Shown here: one piece after another, positions 57,361-64,000 of the stretch
Layout of the letters: the number at the start of each line of letters is the position of its first letter
How positions within the stretch are numbered: position 1 is the first letter of the stretch
From: Minisyncoccota bacterium
Lineage (GTDB): Bacteria > Patescibacteriota > Minisyncoccia > UBA6257
Assembly (NCBI GenBank): GCA_028694995.1
Contig: JAQVJU010000002.1
Span: forward strand, 2,046-66,045
Reading direction: 5' to 3'
Length of the DNA: 64,000 nucleotides
Notes under the pieces: model-generated
Told to the model about the DNA's origin: nothing
What the model saw: the letters and a program-made list of their open reading frames with translations, nothing else
Database searches by the model: none
Translations under genes and position numbers: made by a program

Positions 57361-58156
57361 AAAAACCAATACTAGCATAACCCACAACCTGACTTTCTTT
57401 ATCTGAAGAAAGTCCTTTAACTGTTTCATCTGAATTCATAGCGCATAATAGTTTTGGTTGCCAGTTTTTTTTGATAGCAATGTTTAATAAAATTTCAATA
57501 GGTTTTTTTCCACAAGCATTTCCAAATTCATTAAAACGATTCAAATCATTAGCTAGAATAGCATCAATAGTAACCTTATCTATCATTTTAGCTTCAGAAC
57601 AAGGTAAATAATGACTTAGATCTGAACTGATAATAAGCAGGGTTTTTTCATTGATAATAGGCATTAACATCTCAGTTGCTTTTTGAATATTAATATCACT
57701 AATTAATAAAGGGAAAATCTCAAAATCTTTTAAAACCACTTGCAAGAAAGGCAGTAAAACTTCCAAACAATGTTCTGGGTGATGAATTTCCGCAGACTCA
57801 ATAATTTCTTTTTTATTTTTTAATTCTGGAAAATCATTTTTGGATAAAACCTTTATTTTCCCTAATGGTGTTTCCCAATAATCTTCTGTGGTGGCTACTA
57901 ATTCTTCAAAAGCAAAATGATGGCTTGGGCCTAATAATATAACCCTGTTAAAAGAATCTGGTTTTAATGTTTTTAATCCATAAGCAGCCACTGGCCCAGA
58001 ATAGATATAACCAGCATGAGGTAAAATCAAGGCTCTTGTTTTTTCTTTTTGTTTACCAACAGTGGCTTTATTCAAAAACCCCTCAATCATTTGCTTGAGT
58101 TCTTCAGGGTCATTTGGATAAAATGTTCCAGCCACTATTGGCAACCGTGTTAACAT
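57344..58156 (-). CDS. MEMO1-family protein (AmmeMemoRadiSam system protein B)
   Basis: Motif LILPHAGYIYSGPVAAYG. Confidence 0.75.
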   Translation of the reverse strand: MLTRLPIVAGTFYPNDPEELKQMIEGFLNKATVGKQKEKTRALILPHAGYIYSGPVAAYGLKTLKPDSFNRVILLGPSHHFAFEELVATTEDYWETPLGKIKVLSKNDFPELKNKKEIIESAEIHHPEHCLEVLLPFLQVVLKDFEIFPLLISDINIQKATEMLMPIINEKTLLIISSDLSHYLPCSEAKMIDKVTIDAILANDLNRFNEFGNACGKKPIEILLNIAIKKNWQPKLLCAMNSDETVKGLSSDKESQVVGYASIGFYETKG

Positions 58157-58165
58157 GTTATTGAT

Positions 58166-59194
58166 TTAAAAAATTCCTTTTATTTCTGTGTTACATTTTG
58201 GGCATTTTCCATCTTGTATTTTATTCTCTATCATATCCAAACCCAATCTTTTAATTAAAAGAAAATTACATTTAGGACAATAAGTGCTTTCATATTCTGC
58301 ATCTGGTGTATTACCAATATAAACATATTTTAATCCTGCTTGTTTACCAATTTGATAAGCTTTGATTAAAGATTCTTTTGGTGTTGAAGATATATCAACC
58401 ATTTTATATCCTGGATAAAAGGCAGAAATATGCCAAGGAATATTTTCTGAAATATTTTTTAAAAATTCAGCTATTTGTTCTAATTCTTTATCAGAATCAT
58501 TAATTTTAGGAATAATTAATGTGGTTACTTCTAACCAAATGCCTTTTTCATAGATTTTTTTAATATTTTCTTTTACTGGTTCTAATCGGGCTTTACAGAT
58601 ATTTTTATAAAAATCTTCAGAAAAACTTTTCAAATCTATATTAATTGCATCTAAGTAAGGACTAATTAAATCTAATGTTTCTTGACTCATAAAACCATTA
58701 GAAACCCAAACATTTTTAATCCCCTTTTCTTTAGCTAATTTCATTATTTCATAAGCATATTCTGTCCAAATAGTTGGTTCATTATAAGTATAAGCAATCA
58801 TTGGGATTTTACTTTCTAAACAATACTGGACTATTGTTTCTGGAGTCCAAGTTTCTTGTTGTCTTTCATATCCTGTTTGCCTGATAGTATCAATTGTTTT
58901 TGGCAATTGAGAAATTTCCCAATTTTGACAAAATTCACAACCAAAATTACAACCAATAGTGCCTAAAGAAAATATTTTCTCTCCAGGTAGAAAATGGAAA
59001 AGAGGTTTTTTCTCTATTGGTTCTATATTAACGCTAATTGGTTTATTATAAACTAATAGATATAGATCTCCTTGTTTGTTCTGTCTGACCCCGCAAATAC
59101 CTGTTTGTTCTTCATTAATAATGCATTTATGTGAACAAGCAAGGCATTGAACCTTATTATCTGCTAGTTTTTTATAAAGAATGGCTTTTTTCAT
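58166..59194 (-). CDS. AmmeMemoRadiSam system radical SAM enzyme
   Basis: 4Fe-4S binding motif CNFGCEFCQN (Cx3Cx2C). Conserved three-gene arrangement with the AMMECR1 and MEMO1 genes. Confidence 0.8.
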   Translation of the reverse strand: MKKAILYKKLADNKVQCLACSHKCIINEEQTGICGVRQNKQGDLYLLVYNKPISVNIEPIEKKPLFHFLPGEKIFSLGTIGCNFGCEFCQNWEISQLPKTIDTIRQTGYERQQETWTPETIVQYCLESKIPMIAYTYNEPTIWTEYAYEIMKLAKEKGIKNVWVSNGFMSQETLDLISPYLDAINIDLKSFSEDFYKNICKARLEPVKENIKKIYEKGIWLEVTTLIIPKINDSDKELEQIAEFLKNISENIPWHISAFYPGYKMVDISSTPKESLIKAYQIGKQAGLKYVYIGNTPDAEYESTYCPKCNFLLIKRLGLDMIENKIQDGKCPKCNTEIKGIF

Positions 59195-59321
59195 AATACA
59201 TCTTTGTTATCTGTATTTATTATATCAAGAATAATCAAAAACAATAACCTTGCTAGATTTTAAGAAATCTGGTATTATTATAACCAAATAGAACTTTGAA
59301 AATTTTATTAGGAGGGATAAA

Positions 59322-59666
59322 ATGAATATTTTATACAAGATTTTTATGCAGCCTAAAGAATCTCAACGTAAACCATTAAGAACTAAAAGGCGCAGAGTAT
59401 TTTTTTACAGAACTTTTCTTTATTCTGAGACGATGGGAAAGGTAGAAGAAATGAAAGCAATACTAAAAAAGAAAATGAATCGCACAGGTTATGACTATGA
59501 AGAAGAGCAAGCAGAAATTTTTAGGAAGATAATGGGAGTGGCATATCAAGTTATAACTCATGATATGAAAAAAAGTGGAAATACATATAATTATGTAAAA
59601 TTCATAACTAAAAGAAAAAACGGGAAGAAAAAGAAAGTGATCAAAGAATACTGCTTAAGCAGATAA
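59322..59666 (+). CDS. Small basic hypothetical protein
   Basis: ORF with a strong RBS AGGAGGGATAAA. Confidence 0.3.
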   Translation: MNILYKIFMQPKESQRKPLRTKRRRVFFYRTFLYSETMGKVEEMKAILKKKMNRTGYDYEEEQAEIFRKIMGVAYQVITHDMKKSGNTYNYVKFITKRKNGKKKKVIKEYCLSR

Positions 59667-59702
59667 TAAGAAAAGGGCAATTTAATTGCCCTTTTTTGTT
59701 TC

Positions 59703-60197
59703 TTAATTTTTAATTTTAGAGCTCCAATAAGCTTTGATGATTTTTCTTTTATTGTTATATGTCCAATGATGAATAACAGGAAAATTATGATAGGTCCATA
59801 AACTGACAGCTTTTTCTTTGCCAATATAAAATCCAATATGATAATGAAACTCTTTTTTTCTATTTTTGTCTATAGATAATTCTTTTTCCCAAATGATAAT
59901 ACTGCCAGCAGGCATTTTAGAAGAAATCCTTATTTCCTTCCAACCTGATTCTCTAATGTCTTTTTCTGTGCCTAAGACAGTAAAATGTAATCTTTGGATC
60001 AAATCAAAAAGTTTTAAAACAGAACTGACAAAATAAGCACAAGAAACAGAACCATTATCAAGAACATCTTGTTTTTTACCTTTAACCAGACAAAAAGCAT
60101 TAGCCCACATTTTAGATCCACAAGCATTTTCTATCATTGATAAATAATTATCTTTAAATAATAGCTTTAATTCTTTTTTGTTTTTAGCTGTTTTCAT
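59703..60197 (-). CDS. NlpC/P60-like (papain-fold) Cys-His domain protein, no signal peptide
   Basis: Candidate catalytic Cys in GSVSCAYFVSS. Downstream GSIIIW...HYHIGFYIG resembles the NlpC/P60 GDLVFF...HVGIY spacing. Confidence 0.35.
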   Translation of the reverse strand: MKTAKNKKELKLLFKDNYLSMIENACGSKMWANAFCLVKGKKQDVLDNGSVSCAYFVSSVLKLFDLIQRLHFTVLGTEKDIRESGWKEIRISSKMPAGSIIIWEKELSIDKNRKKEFHYHIGFYIGKEKAVSLWTYHNFPVIHHWTYNNKRKIIKAYWSSKIKN

Positions 60198-60206
60198 GTT
60201 TTCAAA

Positions 60207-60626
60207 TTATTTTATATTTACCAAATGAGATTTTAAAAATTTTTCTATGCTTTTAATTACCTCTGTTTTTAATTCTGAAGGACTTGTGGTGACCCAGATA
60301 GCAAAATTATATAAAGCTTGGTTATCAACTTCAATCCATTTATTATTTTTATATAAAAAAACAAGCAAAGAAGTCATGGCTATTCTTTTATTGCCATTTT
60401 GAAAAGGGTGGTTTTTAATCATCAAGTAAAACAAAATAGCGGCTTTAGAAATTAATCCGCTATAAAGATATTTGTTATTAAATTTTTGAAATGGAACTGC
60501 TAAACAACTTTCTAAAATGCGAGGAAATCTTGTTTCAAATGGCGGAATCGGTTCATTAAATTCCATAAAGACTTTGGCCAAACTATGTGCTATATGCTTT
60601 ACCTCAGTTAAAGTAATTATTTTCAT
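60207..60626 (-). CDS. doc: Doc (death-on-curing)/Fic-family toxin
   Basis: Doc motif HPFQNGNKRIAMTS (HxFx[ND]GNKR). Confidence 0.7.
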   Translation of the reverse strand: MKIITLTEVKHIAHSLAKVFMEFNEPIPPFETRFPRILESCLAVPFQKFNNKYLYSGLISKAAILFYLMIKNHPFQNGNKRIAMTSLLVFLYKNNKWIEVDNQALYNFAIWVTTSPSELKTEVIKSIEKFLKSHLVNIK

Positions 60627-60628
60627 AG

Positions 60629-60886
60629 TTATTCCTGCCCTAAGAGTTTGAGAGTTGTTTTGTATTCTGAGATTGTCTTTTTAATTCCCTCATCTAAAAT
60701 TGATTTTTGTTTCTCAGTTAAAGCTTTGCCTGAAATGCTTTCAAATTCTTTCTTGGGAATAGCAAAATTACGACCAATTTTTATGGCCTTTATTTGTTCT
60801 TTTTTTATTCTTTTTAAAATAGCTTCTCGGCTAATACCTAAAAGTCCAGCAACTTCACTAACAGTTAAAAACTCTTTATTTTTCAT
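60629..60886 (-). CDS. HTH (excisionase/MerR-like) DNA-binding protein, putative antitoxin of the Doc toxin
   Basis: The segment LTVSEVAGLLGISREAILKRIKKEQIKAIKIGRNFAIP is an HTH_17-like fold. A 1-nt gap separates it from the doc start. The start is placed at an internal Met. The ORF-track start at 60922 would overlap the operator repeats. Confidence 0.55.
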   Translation of the reverse strand: MKNKEFLTVSEVAGLLGISREAILKRIKKEQIKAIKIGRNFAIPKKEFESISGKALTEKQKSILDEGIKKTISEYKTTLKLLGQE

Positions 60887-60905
60887 AATATGTTTGATAA
60901 CCATT

Positions 60906-60956
60906 TTATAGCAGGTTATCACATGATAACCACTTTATAGCAGGTTATCACATGAT
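60906..60956. promoter_or_regulatory. Two direct repeats of TTATAGCAGGTTATCACATGAT (60906-60927, 60935-60956), each containing the near-palindrome TTATCA-N2-TGATAA; putative operator of the TA operon
   Basis: Read directly. Located immediately upstream of the antitoxin gene on the minus strand. Confidence 0.5.
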
Positions 60957-60974
60957 GATTAAAATATCAAGTGT

Positions 60975-61481
60975 TTAATTAAAAGACTTTTTTGCTTTTT
61001 TCTCTGAATACATTTCCTTATCTGCTATATCTATCATTTCTTGTATAGTTATTCCTTTTTTACTTTCACTAATGCCAGCGCTTATACCTAAAAGTATGTG
61101 TTTTTTTATTCTTTGCAATAATAATTCTGCTCCTCGTTTTGAAGTATAAGGAAGGGCTATTAAAAATTCATCCCCTCCCCATCTGCCAGCAATATCAGTT
61201 TTTCTTAAATTTTTCTTAATAGTTGAGGAAACTTCAATTAAAGCTTTATCTCCTTCCAAGTGTCCTTTTTTATCATTAATTATCTTCAAATTATCCAGAT
61301 CTATTAAGATAATACTAAAAGGAGTGTTATGTCTTTCACTTTCCCATAACTCTCTGTTCATTATTTCATTTAAAATCAAGCGATTATAAAGCCCAGTTAA
61401 AGGATCTTTTAATAGACCTTTTTCCCCGTATTTTAATACAATTCCTATTATTTTAAAAAACTCAGATATTTTTTTAAACAT
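60975..61481 (-). CDS. Stand-alone minimal GGDEF-domain protein (diguanylate cyclase-like), 168 aa, no sensory domain
   Basis: Motif RWGGDEFLIA (GGDEF A-site intact). Upstream D.LT.L.NR and LDLDNLK.IND segments. Confidence 0.7.
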   Translation of the reverse strand: MFKKISEFFKIIGIVLKYGEKGLLKDPLTGLYNRLILNEIMNRELWESERHNTPFSIILIDLDNLKIINDKKGHLEGDKALIEVSSTIKKNLRKTDIAGRWGGDEFLIALPYTSKRGAELLLQRIKKHILLGISAGISESKKGITIQEMIDIADKEMYSEKKAKKSFN

Positions 61482-61496
61482 ATTTAATATATTTAA

Positions 61497-63341
61497 TTAC
61501 CAACTACCACCGCCACCACCTCCAAATCCTCCTCCGCTACTCCCGCCAAATCCAGATTGGCCACTAGCAGCTGTATGCCCAGTAGCGACAAAACTTGAAT
61601 TTAAAACTGTATTTATGGCTTGCATTCTAGAAACCATAATAATTGAATTGAAGCTTGTTCCTTGTGCTCCTTGGTACCAATCAGGTATGGCCGCAACAAT
61701 GTTTTTAAATAAATTAGCCCATTGTTTTTCCACGCCAAATAAAATAGCATAAGGAAGGTATTCAGCAAATTTCTCAGGATGAGCTTCAGGAGAAAAATGG
61801 AATTTGACTCTATCTCGTTCTACAGTTTTTAAGAATAACTCAAATCCTTTTATCTTTTCTTTCATTTGCATTCCTTGTTCAGTTAAACTAGGCATGATTT
61901 TAATAAAGATAGAGAAAATTATCATATTTAGTAAAAGCCCTCCAAAAGTACTAAAGATGCTTAAAAAGAAAAATTTATCAATTTTTAATAAAATAAAAGG
62001 CAAGACAACAAAACATATAGCTATATAAAAAGCCATTATGATAAATTGCCAATCTTTAAGTTTTTTAATAAGAGTAAAAGGATTTTCTGGAAATAGGTTT
62101 TTATTTGTTAGGTTTTTACCTAAAGATATTTTAGCTTGATCTAGTTCTGTTTTCATTTTTGTTTGTTTTGAAAGACCTGAAGTATTTTTAAGTTGAGATA
62201 AAGAAACTTTATCTTTGCCTTCAAAAATATTATCTAATAAATATTTCTCATATTCATTTAATACATCTTCTGGTTTTTGTTTATCAGTTTTAATAAATTT
62301 CCAATCTGTTGATTTAAAAATCAAAGTCTTTTTTTCCTCTTCTTGGATGATAAAATAACCTCTCCGAGCTAAATCTATAAGTGTAGCTGTGGCCATTTTA
62401 CCTAAATTAAGAGAAGTTTCTGTTAATATAATATGTGCTTCTGCTGGAGAAATACCTGCTGGAGCTTCATATTCAGCCATAATAGATTTTAAAGATCGTG
62501 GGTTACGCCCTTTTTTCCACCACATAGATAAAAGAAAACCAAAAACAAGTACAGGAATAAGTAATAAAGCATATAAGAAAACAAGGATGATTTTATTTAA
62601 TATTATTGATTCTGTCTTGGTTTGGATATATTTTTTCTCTACTTCTTGAACAAATCCTTTTGGCCAACCTATTACAATTGTTAATCCTTCATTGGGCTTT
62701 AAATCAGAAGTTATAAAAGAAATAACTTTAGCTGAAAGAGCTTTATCAATTAAACAATTTTCTTCTTGAGATCCAGAAACCCCTGTATAGCACTTAGTTT
62801 TAAAATCATCTTTAATTGATAATGTGTTAAAGAAATTATCTATAGCAAAATTAGCTTCTGCATGTTTAATTGGAATTTGCCAATCATTACCAGTGATATT
62901 TAAAAACAATTCATCATGTTCATCAAAATAATTAATAATGCCTTTTAGAACATATTTGATAATATAGGTATTTTGTCCGCTAATTAATTTATTAGCTGAA
63001 CCAATTTTAATTACAAAATTATTTCCTTCTTTATAAGCTTGATATTCAATATTTTTACCATGTTCATCTTGAACCTTAAGGACTTCATAATTCAAAACCA
63101 GAGTTTTATCTTCCAAAGGATATTTAAAAGGAATTTGACGAAAAATCCCATGTTTTTGATTAGAGCCAAAATCATAATTAATAGTTTCTTGAATCTCTAC
63201 ATCAGAATTTTCTTTAACAAGGATATTAGTTTGAAAACTACGAATGATTTCTGTATTATCAGCCAGAACAATATTTTGCCCAATAAAAATACTTCCTGCA
63301 AAGGTTATTAAAATTAATAAATTAATAATTCCTTTTTTCAT
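61497..63341 (-). CDS. DUF2207-family membrane protein (N-terminal signal/anchor, extracytoplasmic domain, TM helices, C-terminal Gly-rich tail)
   Basis: Topology and the C-terminus GGSSGGGFGGGGGGSW match my recollection of DUF2207 proteins. Confidence 0.5.
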   Translation of the reverse strand: MKKGIINLLILITFAGSIFIGQNIVLADNTEIIRSFQTNILVKENSDVEIQETINYDFGSNQKHGIFRQIPFKYPLEDKTLVLNYEVLKVQDEHGKNIEYQAYKEGNNFVIKIGSANKLISGQNTYIIKYVLKGIINYFDEHDELFLNITGNDWQIPIKHAEANFAIDNFFNTLSIKDDFKTKCYTGVSGSQEENCLIDKALSAKVISFITSDLKPNEGLTIVIGWPKGFVQEVEKKYIQTKTESIILNKIILVFLYALLLIPVLVFGFLLSMWWKKGRNPRSLKSIMAEYEAPAGISPAEAHIILTETSLNLGKMATATLIDLARRGYFIIQEEEKKTLIFKSTDWKFIKTDKQKPEDVLNEYEKYLLDNIFEGKDKVSLSQLKNTSGLSKQTKMKTELDQAKISLGKNLTNKNLFPENPFTLIKKLKDWQFIIMAFYIAICFVVLPFILLKIDKFFFLSIFSTFGGLLLNMIIFSIFIKIMPSLTEQGMQMKEKIKGFELFLKTVERDRVKFHFSPEAHPEKFAEYLPYAILFGVEKQWANLFKNIVAAIPDWYQGAQGTSFNSIIMVSRMQAINTVLNSSFVATGHTAASGQSGFGGSSGGGFGGGGGGSW

Positions 63342-63348
63342 AAAGAAT

Positions 63349-63948
63349 CTACTTTTCTAACTTTTTATCTGCAGCACGATATTGACAATATATGCATCCA
63401 GGGCTTGCTTGAGGAGCTTTATCAGAATTTAGGCATTTTTTAGCTTCTTTGATAGTAGCCTCAACCCAAGAATCATTGCCTTTATAATCAAGGATCTGAA
63501 TATCAAATTCTAATATTCCATCAAATTTATCTTCACCTGTTTTTCCATTACAATAAACAAAATAAGCAATATCTGAGATTTTAAAATTGTTTTTCCTAAA
63601 TATCCATTGATATATTTCTGCTTGTCTTTTATATCCCTGACGATATTCAGAATCCATACTTATTTCTTGAGTGGTGCTAGTAGATTTATAATCAACAATA
63701 TGTAATTCATTATGAGAATTAATCCAAATATCATCAATGGCCCCAAAAATTATAAAATTAGTTGATTTGTCTAAATATTGAATACCTTTCCAATTATTAC
63801 GCCAATCATCAATATTTTCATGTTGATAAGGAACAGCATCTATTTTATAATTTTTCATTAAAGAATGAGCTTCACCTTTTTTTCTTAAAATATCAAATTC
63901 TTTTTTCAATAAAGTGTCCACAGCTTGATTTAAAGAATAAGGAAACAT
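63349..63948 (-). CDS. PD-(D/E)XK nuclease-like protein with C-terminal Cys pair (Cas4/RecB-like fold)
   Basis: Motifs GAIDDIW, IVDYKST, QAEIYQW and C-terminal GCIYCQY. Confidence 0.45.
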   Translation of the reverse strand: MFPYSLNQAVDTLLKKEFDILRKKGEAHSLMKNYKIDAVPYQHENIDDWRNNWKGIQYLDKSTNFIIFGAIDDIWINSHNELHIVDYKSTSTTQEISMDSEYRQGYKRQAEIYQWIFRKNNFKISDIAYFVYCNGKTGEDKFDGILEFDIQILDYKGNDSWVEATIKEAKKCLNSDKAPQASPGCIYCQYRAADKKLEK

Positions 63949-64000
63949 TGGTGGCCTAGAAACACCTAATCGCCTATCTAAATAAAAGCATCTAGGACAG

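Overview
The window is an AT-rich bacterial chromosome segment, roughly one-third GC by eye. Its gene content and style look like a Candidate Phyla Radiation (Patescibacteria-like) genome: many short overlapping genes, a truncated AlaRS, a lysine-rich RpoD N-terminus, and many secreted or membrane hypotheticals.

Positions 1-8.7 kb form an accessory-looking region. It holds a GT2 glycosyltransferase plus a CE4 polysaccharide deacetylase, Cys-rich and repeat-rich surface proteins with C-terminal membrane anchors, and a tandemly duplicated gene cassette. It also holds two promoter-to-terminator small-RNA candidates. The most striking feature is a ~90-bp module repeated five times: a perfect DnaA-box 9-mer, a consensus sigma70 promoter, and a hairpin plus U-tract. 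The hairpin shows compensatory, strand-specific base changes.

Positions 8.8-45 kb are mostly housekeeping. Identified genes are ychF, acyP, ppsA, eno, efp, tRNA-Lys(UUU), secDF, ddl, dgkA, dnaG-rpoD, a Mur ligase, alaS, infA-rpmJ-rpsM-rpsK-rpsD-rpoA-rplQ-rplM-rpsI, ftsW, murG and gltX. Three unusual units sit among them: a zincin-peptidase/tRNA-binding-domain fusion, an ATP-cone/Mrr-like nuclease, and a three-gene operon of a sigma-region-4 + HARE-HTH protein, a membrane protein, and a TraD/VirD4/HerA-like ATPase with a zinc ribbon.

Positions 45-64 kb hold a tyrosine recombinase with two small ORFs, a Cas4/RecB-like Fe-S PD-(D/E)XK nuclease and an Ada-type Zn-finger protein. Then come rpmA, rplI, ctpA, murC, thpR, a frameshifted and motif-degenerate priA, def-fmt, an amidase, and a complete AmmeMemoRadiSam triad. 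The window ends with a Doc/HTH toxin-antitoxin pair carrying operator repeats, a minimal stand-alone GGDEF, a DUF2207 membrane protein and a second PD-(D/E)XK nuclease.

No CRISPR array, rRNA, transposase or reverse transcriptase was seen.
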